A DNA stretch of 64,000 bases from a virus, in IMG/VR virus record IMGVR_UViG_3300032265_001591, positions 9,724-73,723 of that record, one strand, 5' to 3'. The notes below the pieces were generated by a model. That model did not search any database. It saw only the letters and a list, made by a program, of their open reading frames with translations, and had not been told where the DNA came from. The translations under genes were made by a program, and so were the position numbers. The first letter of the stretch is position 1. Every line of letters starts with the position of its first letter. Of the stretch, positions 1 to 9,043 are shown one piece after another.

Positions 1-646
1 GCGTAAAAGAGCAAAAACCTTAGGTAAAAGAGCGGCAAACGCATATCTAAAAAGTTTAGAGAGTCAAGGAATAACTAAAGATGATATACATGAAGTTCAT
101 TTGACCAATAAAGGAATAAGCAACGCAATTGGAAGAGAAGTTTCACGTCGCAATAATCCACATGATATAATCATAAAAACTAAAGATGGTAAATTTCACG
201 GAGCTTCATTAAAAGCTAGTGAAGGCACAGTGAGTAATAATGGTCTAAAGACATTTGATGAACATTCAATATTTAATGGTAAACCTACCAATATAAAAGG
301 AGCGTGGGTAGCACAATCAAATGGAAATGCTGCGGCTGAACACCATGCAAATATGTTTAATTCAGCAAATGATAAAGAAAAAAAAGATCACTTGCATTAC
401 TTACTTAAAAGTCATCCTGATGTGCCATATCATTATGTAGTTGCTGATCAAGATAAATCTATATCCATTGAAAACCATCCTGTTATAAAAGCAATAAATA
501 AAGCAACAAAAATAACAGCTGAACGTAGAGGTGCAAATGTTCATTTCTATGATCAAGATGGAAAACACTTAGCTTACGTGGAACATCGTCGTCCAGGTAA
601 AGGAAAATCACCACAAGCAAATGCTAAATTTGGGAGTTTAAAATGA
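1..646 (+). CDS. 5'-truncated putative PD-(D/E)XK-type nuclease, His-rich
   Basis: Frame is open from position 2, so the listed TTG at 101 is not the true start. NPHDIII...HGASLK resembles a PD..(S)xK nuclease motif. Confidence 0.5.
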   Translation, partial: RKRAKTLGKRAANAYLKSLESQGITKDDIHEVHLTNKGISNAIGREVSRRNNPHDIIIKTKDGKFHGASLKASEGTVSNNGLKTFDEHSIFNGKPTNIKGAWVAQSNGNAAAEHHANMFNSANDKEKKDHLHYLLKSHPDVPYHYVVADQDKSISIENHPVIKAINKATKITAERRGANVHFYDQDGKHLAYVEHRRPGKGKSPQANAKFGSLK

Positions 647-1590
647 AATCATTTATTACATTCATCGTTGAATCAATAAGACAAGGATTGCCACATATCA
701 CAAAGATGACTCGTGATCAATTTGACAATTTAACTAAAGATGGTAAAGTTCATTTAAATAAGATTACCGAAAAGACTGATGGCATGACCCATATGATGGG
801 GTATGATGAACATGGGTTTTATACTCAAAGTTCTGGTTCAGGCAATGAGAAAATGAGAAGTCCTCAAGATTTTGTTGATAGAGCAACAAGAAGATCACAA
901 GAAACAGGCAAACCTCTTGATCTTACTGCAGCAAATTCATTTGGTCATATTCATAAGATTCTTCATGCTAACCAAGGCTTACAAGATCATTTAAGATCAC
1001 AGTTTGAAAAAACTGGACAAGAAGTTAAAGTTCGTGGTGAAGCTTTTTATAAACCACTTTCGACTCCATCTGAAACAACTCCAGGTGAAATTAAATTTGT
1101 TGGCACTTCATATGATCCTTCACATATGGGATCAGTTGGTAAATATGTTATTCATTCACAATTACCAGAAAATCATCATGTAGATCTTGAGCATTTCAAA
1201 TCACACTTATCTACACCTGAAATGAATTTTGATGATGATATCATTAAGCATAAGCCTGCGCATCTTGATGTATCTGATGAAGTTAAAGATTATCATGGAT
1301 TAAATCATGAACTTCTTGCTGCAAGAACATCTCCAAAAAATAAAGAAGCTAAAGAAGCAGAGAATGCTAAATTTGATGCCATCAAGCAAAGAGTATCTGA
1401 TAAAGTCGATGCTCATTTCAAATCAGCGGGGTTGACTCCTAAATGGGGAAGTGGTTCAGAAGGATTTGTAGTTCATCCTTCATCTGAAAATCCTGAAGCT
1501 CCTCGATTTAAAAAAACTTCAGATGATTTTAGAGCTTATAAAGCAAATCCTGAAAATGCTGCTAACTTTAAGAAAAGGCAAACGACATGA
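643..1590 (+). CDS. ATP-dependent ligase/capping-enzyme superfamily nucleotidyltransferase (RNA ligase-like) with capsid-targeting N-terminus
   Basis: Motif I TEKTDG, motif III RGEAF, motif IV SEGFVV, motif V RFKKTS. N-terminus MKSFITFIVE. Confidence 0.7.
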   Translation: MKSFITFIVESIRQGLPHITKMTRDQFDNLTKDGKVHLNKITEKTDGMTHMMGYDEHGFYTQSSGSGNEKMRSPQDFVDRATRRSQETGKPLDLTAANSFGHIHKILHANQGLQDHLRSQFEKTGQEVKVRGEAFYKPLSTPSETTPGEIKFVGTSYDPSHMGSVGKYVIHSQLPENHHVDLEHFKSHLSTPEMNFDDDIIKHKPAHLDVSDEVKDYHGLNHELLAARTSPKNKEAKEAENAKFDAIKQRVSDKVDAHFKSAGLTPKWGSGSEGFVVHPSSENPEAPRFKKTSDDFRAYKANPENAANFKKRQTT

Positions 1591-2453
1591 TTAGATTTGT
1601 ACAATTTATTTTAGAAGGTGGTAATATAAAGATCGGCGACGTATCAGCCGCGCCATTTTCTGTTACTGAAAAAAATAGAAGTGAGAGAGTTAAAGACGCT
1701 AAAGATGCTTTAAGTGAATTGCATGATTCATTCCATAAAGAACATGGTGAAGAATTATTTGGTAAAAATAAAAAGGGATTAGCAAGCGGATCTATATTTG
1801 CAGGATCAACGCGACAACTAATGGATCCAAAAATTAGTGATAGCGAATTTGCTAAACATAAATCAACTGTTGGTGACATGGATGTTCAGGTGATGAGAGA
1901 TCATGGTGATAAACTTACATCGCATTTAACACCCGGCAAACGATTTGGTAAATATACTGTAGTTGGAACTAAGAAACATGGTAATGAAATTTCAGCAGTG
2001 ATGAAACACGACAATGGTGAACACCATCAATTTGATTTTGAAAAAGTGCATTATGAAAATGGTGAGCCAACTCCAGCTGAACAATTTCTTCATAGTGCAA
2101 ATTGGGAAGATACAAAGGCAGGAATTAAAGGTGCTCATCATAAGATCCTTTTAAATGCTGCTGGTGGCACTACACATAAGTTTTCAATCTCACACGGTTT
2201 ACGTTCAAGAACTGATGAATCTGATCCGGGCGCACAACATCCAAATGATGTGTCAGCAAGACTGTTTGGCAATAAAGCAGATCATTCAAAAGTTACTTCA
2301 TTCTTAGGAGTGTCTGATTTAATTAAGAATCATATTCCTAAAGAACAACACCAAGCAATCTATGATAAATTTAAAGAAGGTGTTTCACGATTAAAAGTTG
2401 ATAATGAACCTGCGCTTGCACACTTAAGAAAAACATTAGGAGTTCATGACTAA
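1587..2453 (+). CDS. Pol-beta superfamily nucleotidyltransferase with capsid-targeting N-terminus
   Basis: FAGS...GDMDV plus a third Asp in QFDF. N-terminus MIRFVQFILE. Confidence 0.7.
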   Translation: MIRFVQFILEGGNIKIGDVSAAPFSVTEKNRSERVKDAKDALSELHDSFHKEHGEELFGKNKKGLASGSIFAGSTRQLMDPKISDSEFAKHKSTVGDMDVQVMRDHGDKLTSHLTPGKRFGKYTVVGTKKHGNEISAVMKHDNGEHHQFDFEKVHYENGEPTPAEQFLHSANWEDTKAGIKGAHHKILLNAAGGTTHKFSISHGLRSRTDESDPGAQHPNDVSARLFGNKADHSKVTSFLGVSDLIKNHIPKEQHQAIYDKFKEGVSRLKVDNEPALAHLRKTLGVHD

Positions 2454-3061
2454 TGAAGAGCTTAAGGGCATTTATCTACGAACAAGAAGTGCATCATGTG
2501 TCCGTTGTTCCTCTGGTTGGGTTTTCACCTTTATCTCACATGGGGCATGCACATGATTTAGGCGGAACTTTATCCAATTTGCCAGGAAGTAAACATGTTG
2601 GAATATCAGCAAAGTCTGATGTGTTTACTCCAGAAGAAAGAAAAAATGTTTTAAATAGACAATGGGGTTCTAATGTAAAAGCAGAAGTTAGCAATTCTGG
2701 TGGAGCAACAATCGCTAATGCTTTTAATTCAATGCCTAAGACTGGTAAAAAGGTATTACACATTGTCGTTGGTTCAGATCGTCTTGGGTTTGCTGAAGGA
2801 TTAAAGAACAGTCTTGAAGCAGGAAAAATAAAAGAAATGGGTGATAATAATTTTGATGAGATTCATATTCATACTCCTAAAGATGAAGATAGAAGTCATG
2901 GAATGAGTGGAACAAACATGAGACAAGCTGCAACTAATGGCGATATTGAAACGTTCCATAAACATTTAGGAACAATGTTCTCAAGACAAGAAGCTCAAGA
3001 CATGATGAAAAAAACAAAAGAAGCTATTGATTCAGGTAAACTAAAAGTTAAAAGGAAATAA
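2453..3061 (+). CDS. HIGH-superfamily cytidylyl/adenylyltransferase (NadD/CoaD-like fold) with capsid-targeting N-terminus
   Basis: GFSPLSHMGH, VVGSDR and MSGTNMR motifs. N-terminus MKSLRAFIYE. Confidence 0.8.
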   Translation: MKSLRAFIYEQEVHHVSVVPLVGFSPLSHMGHAHDLGGTLSNLPGSKHVGISAKSDVFTPEERKNVLNRQWGSNVKAEVSNSGGATIANAFNSMPKTGKKVLHIVVGSDRLGFAEGLKNSLEAGKIKEMGDNNFDEIHIHTPKDEDRSHGMSGTNMRQAATNGDIETFHKHLGTMFSRQEAQDMMKKTKEAIDSGKLKVKRK

Positions 3062-3065
3062 TATT

Positions 3066-3713
3066 ATGAGTTATGCTACATTAATAAATGTGCGAAATCA
3101 ATTTGTAGATGAATATAGTAATTGGCTTTGGGTTGCTCAAGATTCTGGTGCATGGATAGGGCCTTCTCAAGAGTGGGCTTCACACAAAGCAATAATACAA
3201 AAGTATGTTAAGAAATATGATTGTATAGTTCAAGCCGGTGGAAATCTTGGTCTATATCCAATGCTATATTCAAGATTATTTAAGACAGTATATACATTTG
3301 AACCAGATCCTTTAAATTTTCATTGCTTAGTGAATAACTGCCAATATGATAATATCGTCAAAATTCAAGCTGCATTATCTGATTCTCATGAAATGATGAA
3401 AGTGAATCGTAATGGATTTTCAAATGTTGGTGCATACACCGTAAGTAGAGATAAAACAGCAATTATTCCATCACTTAAACTTGATGATTTTGATTTTGAA
3501 ACTCTTGATGCAATTCACTTAGACATTGAAAACTTTGAAGAACATGCATTACGTGGCGCAATTGAAACAATCAATAAGCATAAACCAGTTCTTCTTTTAG
3601 AAAATGGACATCGTGTTGAAGTCATGACTGAGATACTAAAATTAGGTTATGAAGTTAGAGATAGATCCGGATCAGATACACTTTTTATGCCAATTAAAAA
3701 TATAAATAGATAA
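3066..3713 (+). CDS. FkbM-family SAM-dependent methyltransferase
   Basis: QAGGNLG, YTFEPDP, IHLDIENFE..ALRGA, KPVLLLE motifs. Confidence 0.85.
   Translation: MSYATLINVRNQFVDEYSNWLWVAQDSGAWIGPSQEWASHKAIIQKYVKKYDCIVQAGGNLGLYPMLYSRLFKTVYTFEPDPLNFHCLVNNCQYDNIVKIQAALSDSHEMMKVNRNGFSNVGAYTVSRDKTAIIPSLKLDDFDFETLDAIHLDIENFEEHALRGAIETINKHKPVLLLENGHRVEVMTEILKLGYEVRDRSGSDTLFMPIKNINR
3701..3708 (+). promoter_or_regulatory. T4-type late promoter TATAAATA
   Basis: Exact gp55-dependent consensus just upstream of the ORF at 3736. Confidence 0.75.
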
Positions 3714-3735
3714 AATAACTTTTTGGCTTAATAAA

Positions 3736-4158
3736 ATGCTTAATTTTATAGATTTTCTCGAACAAAATCCTTTAGAAGAAGGAAATATGGCCAGAAAATG
3801 GATTAATAGACTTAAATCTATTATATCTGGTAACACACGTAGACGAAGAATTGGTAGAGAATTCGCTGCATTTGATCAACCTCCAGAAAAATCAGTTGGA
3901 TTAAAGCCAAGACAGCAAAAAACATTTGCTTCAAAGACAAATGCTAGTTTACTTACTCAAGAATTTGAACATAACTCACTAAATGAGGCTTATGATTCAT
4001 TTAATGTTGTAAAAGCAGCCGGTTATGGTACTTTTATGACTGCTAGAGACCTAGGAATTAAAATAAAAGCAGGGGTTGAACAACATCCAACAGTAGAAGA
4101 GGCTATCGAAGAGATCGAAGAGATAGAGGAGAAGAAAAATGATAAACGAATTGATTAA
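3736..4158 (+). CDS. Hypothetical protein, possible internal head protein
   Basis: N-terminus MLNFIDFLEQNPLEE resembles a capsid-targeting sequence; follows a late promoter. Confidence 0.6.
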   Translation: MLNFIDFLEQNPLEEGNMARKWINRLKSIISGNTRRRRIGREFAAFDQPPEKSVGLKPRQQKTFASKTNASLLTQEFEHNSLNEAYDSFNVVKAAGYGTFMTARDLGIKIKAGVEQHPTVEEAIEEIEEIEEKKNDKRID

Positions 4159-4417
4159 AAAGATTATTTCATGGATTAATCCTTCTACAGTTGAACCTGT
4201 AGCGCAAATTGTTGAAGTTGCTCAAGTAGTTGTCCCTGAAGTGGTTCAGGAAGTCGTAGAACCAATCGTTCAAGTTGTTGAACCTGTAGTTGTTAAGCTT
4301 GACGAAGTAAAAGTTGTTGTAGAACCAGTTATTGAAGCTAAAAAAGCAACAAAACCTCGGAAACCAAAACCTGCAAAGGGGCCTAAGCCTAAGCGCAAGT
4401 CAAAAGGAACTATGTAA
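4139..4417 (+). CDS. Low-complexity protein (VVEP repeats, Lys/Pro-rich tail)
   Basis: In operon context; repetitive V/E/P core and basic C-terminus. Confidence 0.6.
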   Translation: MINELIKKIISWINPSTVEPVAQIVEVAQVVVPEVVQEVVEPIVQVVEPVVVKLDEVKVVVEPVIEAKKATKPRKPKPAKGPKPKRKSKGTM

Positions 4418-4795
4418 ATGATTCGCACAATCATTTCTGTATTTTTAATGACGGTTTCTTTAAGTGGTTGTCTTTCTTTATCCATGTTACCTAGAGATCA
4501 TGACCCAGTTCTAGCTGGTGCATATATTGATACACGACTTGAGATAAATAATTTAAAGTGTGAAGCAAAAGATGATTCTTTTGTTCAGATTAGTTGGCAA
4601 TCAGCGTTGTATCATAGTAAATTTCTTAAAGAGTATACTACATTCAGAAATGATCCACAAGTTGAAACGGCAAGTGGAATTAGTGTAAATCTTCAGAAAG
4701 CTTTAGATGCAAAAAATGAAAAAATGTGTAATCATTGGCTAAAATTAACACAATCTAGAATGTCTGCTCTAGAAACAGCTTGGAAGGGTCGATAA
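4418..4795 (+). CDS. Putative lipoprotein
   Basis: Signal peptide with lipobox LSGC. Confidence 0.7.
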   Translation: MIRTIISVFLMTVSLSGCLSLSMLPRDHDPVLAGAYIDTRLEINNLKCEAKDDSFVQISWQSALYHSKFLKEYTTFRNDPQVETASGISVNLQKALDAKNEKMCNHWLKLTQSRMSALETAWKGR

Positions 4796-5037
4796 TGGAA
4801 GAACTTATAAAAGAGATTCTATCTCATAAGAATGAAGATGGTGTTATTGGCGAATTAGCTAATGAACTATATAACATAATTGAAGATCATAAAGCTGGTC
4901 AAATCACAGATGAAGATCTTAAAGAATTATTGACAGAAACTATTAATGCTTTTAAAGCACATGAAAATGCTAATAATGAAGTAATGATTAGATGGGCAGT
5001 TAAGATTGCACAACTTGCAGCAAAGGCAATGATATAA
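4795..5037 (+). CDS. Hypothetical protein
   Basis: TAATG overlap with the upstream stop gives a start at 4795 (MEELIKE). Confidence 0.65.
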   Translation: MEELIKEILSHKNEDGVIGELANELYNIIEDHKAGQITDEDLKELLTETINAFKAHENANNEVMIRWAVKIAQLAAKAMI

Positions 5038-5474
5038 TGAATCTCATAGATGCAGTAAAAGTAGTACTAGCAAATAATTTTGCACTTTATCTAAAGGCTC
5101 ACTATTTTCATTGGAATGTAGAAGGTCCAGATTTTGCACAATTTCATGAATTCTTTGAAAATCTTTATACTGATATCTATAGCTCAATAGATCATTTTGC
5201 AGAAGAAATTAGAGCGTTGGACGCATACGCTCCTGGATCTTTTGAACGTTACGTTGAACTTTCTCAGATCAAAGGTGAAGAAAGAATTTTAACCGCCCCA
5301 GAAATGTTACGTCAGTTGCAAATTGATAATCAGACAATGATTGCTTCTATGAATACTGCTTATAATTTAGCTAATGCAGCAAATGAAATCGGACTTTCAA
5401 ATTTTATTCAAGATAGAACTGACCAACATAAAAAACACGCTTGGATGATCAGATCATTCCTTAAGGGACAATAA
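5037..5474 (+). CDS. dps: Dps family ferritin-like DNA protection protein
   Basis: HYFHWNVEGPDFAQFHEFFE...D..AEEIRAL and KHAWMIRS signatures. Confidence 0.92.
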   Translation: MNLIDAVKVVLANNFALYLKAHYFHWNVEGPDFAQFHEFFENLYTDIYSSIDHFAEEIRALDAYAPGSFERYVELSQIKGEERILTAPEMLRQLQIDNQTMIASMNTAYNLANAANEIGLSNFIQDRTDQHKKHAWMIRSFLKGQ

Positions 5475-6115
5475 TGGATAGGTACAAGTCTTTAGAAAGT
5501 GTAATACGGGATATGCCAAAGACAGTTGCAATGTTAGACAGCGTAGAATGGCGTTATTCTCGTGTTTGTTCTACTATTAGAAAAATGTATGAACAAGCTA
5601 ATCAGATTGAAAAGCATGAAGGTGATCAATTAGCTGTTGGTACTTATATGACAAAAGAATTTGAAGAATCTCCAAAAGCACAACTTCTATTTTCAAGTTT
5701 ACCTAAGGATACCAATCCAGAGCATGCTGAAAAGTGTGCAATTCTTCTTGACAAACTATTTGCTATACAAAAAAATACTAAAGCTTCTGAGAGCGCAACA
5801 AAACAAGAAATAAGTACAGCCGAAGACTTAGTTAAACAGATTAAAATGTTTGCTGATAAAATGAATTTTGGTAATAAAATGAATTTTGTTGATGCCAATC
5901 TTAATGCTATTAAAAAATATGCTGGTGTAGTTCCAGAAATGCCAATTGCAACTACGGATAAAGAAGTTGAGCGTCTTAAGTCAAAGACGCAGCCAACTCC
6001 TCCATCTGAAAGAAACCCAGATCCAAAGAAAGATCTTGATTTAGACTCTAAGCAGTTCTTAATTCGTCGAGATCTTAAAGGTCAAAGAAAAATAAAAATT
6101 ATCGACGGAGATTAA
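5474..6115 (+). CDS. Hypothetical protein
   Basis: Translationally coupled ORF of 213 aa. Confidence 0.7.
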   Translation: MDRYKSLESVIRDMPKTVAMLDSVEWRYSRVCSTIRKMYEQANQIEKHEGDQLAVGTYMTKEFEESPKAQLLFSSLPKDTNPEHAEKCAILLDKLFAIQKNTKASESATKQEISTAEDLVKQIKMFADKMNFGNKMNFVDANLNAIKKYAGVVPEMPIATTDKEVERLKSKTQPTPPSERNPDPKKDLDLDSKQFLIRRDLKGQRKIKIIDGD

Positions 6116-6127
6116 CGGAGAACTAAT

Positions 6128-7312
6128 ATGTCTAACCTAAAAAATACTTATGGCTTTTCACAGAGTCTTTTAGATGCAATTCTAAGCGTTCAAGAAAATG
6201 CTTTAAAAGGAAAGCAATCAAACATTGACGTAGCAGAACCCAAGGGTAAGATTACGGCTGCCGATTTTGCAAAGCTTCGTGCTATGAAAAAAGAAGAAGT
6301 CGAACAGATTGATGAAATTTCAAAAGAAACAAAACAACGGTATTTAGGCACAGCCGTTGGTGATCTTGCCACGCGTGCGTATAAGCATGGATTTAAAACT
6401 GCAGGAGCCTACAAGCGAACCGATAGCGAAATCGCTGCCGCTGAACGTAATATAAAAAATCGTCAAGCGGGTATTCACCGTGCAACTAAAGAAGAAGTCG
6501 ATCTTGATGAAGGTGGAATGCCTAGTTCAGTTATTCGGTCAAAACAAAAATATGCTGCCATGACCAATCAAGAATTTGCTGATCTACATGGACATAAAAC
6601 TGAAGAGCAATTAAGACAAATGGCTTGGTCACATGGTTATGGTAAAATGAGTCCACATTATTGGAATCGAGTTCAAAAAGCTAAAGCAACTCAAATGAAA
6701 GAAGAAGTTGAACAGCTTGAAGAAGCACAAAATTTAATTCCACTTATTTCACAGCTTAAAGCACTACTAAGTTGGCTTGTAAGTTCTGGTGCAATTCGTA
6801 AGTTTGCAAAAGAAGAAGCTGATGTTGTTGGTATGCTTGAACTACTAGAGTATCGTACACCTGGTTCTAAAAATGGTCAGCGTAAAGAAAGAAAATCAAC
6901 TGGCGCAGCGCGTGGTCGTCCTAAGAACTCAGATAGCATGCAATCAAAATCAAATGAAAATGAAGAATTAGACAGTGCTCCTGCATATGATTCAGCTAGT
7001 CGTGATACGAAAGAAGGATTTAGACACGTTTTAACCGATATACAAAATGCAGCAGACAGTTCTACTGGTGGTACAGTTGTACAAGATAAACAAAAACAAA
7101 GACATTTGCCACAAAAAACTGCACAGCAATTACTAAATATTTTTAGAACAGCAAAACCAGCAGTTAATGCTGAACTATCTGGGCATATTTTTGCAAACAG
7201 AGAAATTCCATTGAGATCCCCACATCATATAGCTGCCTATAAAGCAATGAAAGGTGCTGGCGAAATTACTTCACTTCCCAATGGACGCGGTAGACCAGCA
7301 AACGAGCAATAA
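6128..7312 (+). CDS. Putative internal head (prohead core-like) protein with repeated KEEV(E/D)..(I/L)(D/E)E linkers and two AT-hook-like RGRP motifs
   Basis: RBS GGAG; repeats KEEVEQIDE, KEEVDLDE, KEEVEQLEE; ARGRPK and GRGRPA. Confidence 0.6.
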   Translation: MSNLKNTYGFSQSLLDAILSVQENALKGKQSNIDVAEPKGKITAADFAKLRAMKKEEVEQIDEISKETKQRYLGTAVGDLATRAYKHGFKTAGAYKRTDSEIAAAERNIKNRQAGIHRATKEEVDLDEGGMPSSVIRSKQKYAAMTNQEFADLHGHKTEEQLRQMAWSHGYGKMSPHYWNRVQKAKATQMKEEVEQLEEAQNLIPLISQLKALLSWLVSSGAIRKFAKEEADVVGMLELLEYRTPGSKNGQRKERKSTGAARGRPKNSDSMQSKSNENEELDSAPAYDSASRDTKEGFRHVLTDIQNAADSSTGGTVVQDKQKQRHLPQKTAQQLLNIFRTAKPAVNAELSGHIFANREIPLRSPHHIAAYKAMKGAGEITSLPNGRGRPANEQ

Positions 7313-7313
7313 T

Positions 7314-7502
7314 ATGACAATAAATGCTAACATTGTAATCATTGAACCAAAAAAGATAGAGTCTAAATTGGCTCTATCTTTTGAATCCATACGTGAGAGT
7401 GCGGTTAGTAAGTCGTTAAGACAAGAAATGAAAGAACAAAATCAAATAAATACCATTAAAACTTCTAAATACCTAGAAGATCTCACGAATAAAGGAGACT
7501 AA
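7314..7502 (+). CDS. Hypothetical protein
   Basis: ATG at 7314 immediately after the upstream stop. Confidence 0.55.
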   Translation: MTINANIVIIEPKKIESKLALSFESIRESAVSKSLRQEMKEQNQINTIKTSKYLEDLTNKGD

Positions 7503-7504
7503 AA

Positions 7505-8359
7505 ATGTCACAATGGAAAAACACAGATGCCGCCGGCAACTCAGTTCTCTGGGGTGTCACCGGGTTTAAACGAGTAGCTAATTCTGCTAACAGAGATGCT
7601 TTCTTTGGCAACACGACGGTAGATGGTTTAATCACAGGCTTAATCGTTGGTCAATTTGGTGTGGATCCCGCTGAAGCAAAATCTTCGAACGGTACCATCA
7701 ACTCAGTAGTATTCACTTCTCGCGGTTCTGGTTATAGCGCAAATGCTACTATCACCGTTAGCGGTGGTTCTGGTTATACAACTGCAGCTGCAGCAAATGC
7801 ATCTTCAAACTCAATTGGCCGTATTTCTGCTGTTAACTTTACAAATAATGGCGTTAATTATACTTCAGTTCCTACTCTTACAATTTCTGCACCTACTGCA
7901 CAAACTTTCGTAGGAAATGCTACTTCAGTAACAGTTGGCAATACAACAAATACTGGTTGGATTTCACTTGGTACAAATCGCCTATTCTTTGTGAATAATG
8001 ATGTTGTTACTTATCTAGTTGGTGCCAGTAATACAGCTATTGGTGGTCTAACAAATAATGTATCTTATTACGTTACTACTCCTAACAGTTCAATTATACA
8101 ATTGTCTGCTACATCTGGCGGTGCACAGATTAATCTATCATCTGTTACAGCCACAGCTCAAGCTGGTCACTCAATCACCGGTCAAACTGCAACAGCTTCA
8201 GCCGTTCTAAGTTCCGGTCTTCCAATTGCTCACGCTGGTTGGGTAGTACGCAAAGTTGGTACTGGTGGACGTGCTGGACGCGTTCAATATGAAACTCTAG
8301 TAGCAATGGGTTCAATGACGGGTGATGCTTCTGACGATGCAATTCTAAAGGATGCTTAA
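7505..8359 (+). CDS. Virion structural protein
   Basis: RBS AAGGAG; MSQW N-terminus and HAGWV...GRVQYETLVAM C-terminus typical of T4-like structural proteins; N/S/T/G-rich inserts. Confidence 0.75.
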   Translation: MSQWKNTDAAGNSVLWGVTGFKRVANSANRDAFFGNTTVDGLITGLIVGQFGVDPAEAKSSNGTINSVVFTSRGSGYSANATITVSGGSGYTTAAAANASSNSIGRISAVNFTNNGVNYTSVPTLTISAPTAQTFVGNATSVTVGNTTNTGWISLGTNRLFFVNNDVVTYLVGASNTAIGGLTNNVSYYVTTPNSSIIQLSATSGGAQINLSSVTATAQAGHSITGQTATASAVLSSGLPIAHAGWVVRKVGTGGRAGRVQYETLVAMGSMTGDASDDAILKDA

Positions 8360-8363
8360 TTAA

Positions 8364-8648
8364 ATGTCTGATCGTGCTAAGAAAGTTAGTGAACTAACGG
8401 CACTTACTGCGCCTGTCGGAGAAGATTTTTTACTTATCGTAGACGATCCATCCGGTACGCCAATAAGTAAAAAAGTAACTGTTGCTAATCTTTTAGGCAA
8501 CTCATCAGCCAACGTTGTGATTTATAATACTACTCCAGCTAATAGTACTATTACAGTTAAGAAAGGTACTATTATGTTTGATAATAGCTATCTTTATATT
8601 GCTATTGCAAATAATACATTAAAGAGGGTCTCTTTAGGATCATTCTAA
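8364..8648 (+). CDS. Small virion/fibre-associated protein
   Basis: KKVSELTAL...SKKVTVANL head motif and G.I.FD.SYLYI..A.NT.KRV motif. Confidence 0.65.
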   Translation: MSDRAKKVSELTALTAPVGEDFLLIVDDPSGTPISKKVTVANLLGNSSANVVIYNTTPANSTITVKKGTIMFDNSYLYIAIANNTLKRVSLGSF

Positions 8649-8653
8649 AATAA

Positions 8654-9043
8654 ATGAAATGTGAAACCTTGGATAATAGTAATTTCTTATTATATGCTGC
8701 TAAACATTATGATAATCCACAATGTTTTGACACCAAAGAATTTTATGATGATCTCAAAAAGTTTAAGTATCTTAAAAGACTTTTTAATCGCTATAAAGAA
8801 ACTGGTGAATTGAAAGAAAGATTGATAATTAATCATCTACAGATTCTTTATAATCTGTTTGGTATTGATGCAACTACTAGAATGTTATTCTTGGCGCTTA
8901 AGAAACATCGAGAATGCCTTAAACCTTTTTTAATATTATTCAATACAATGCCGGATGTGGTTAAATGTATTGAGGGTAGTGATATTTACGAAAGCGATAT
9001 AGCAATGGATCAAACCATTGTAGAAATACTAAGGAAGATCTAA
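8654..9043 (+). CDS. Conserved T4-like phage hypothetical protein
   Basis: NFLLYAAKHYDNPQC...EF..DLK.FKYLKRL...ERLIINH family motif. Confidence 0.8.
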   Translation: MKCETLDNSNFLLYAAKHYDNPQCFDTKEFYDDLKKFKYLKRLFNRYKETGELKERLIINHLQILYNLFGIDATTRMLFLALKKHRECLKPFLILFNTMPDVVKCIEGSDIYESDIAMDQTIVEILRKI

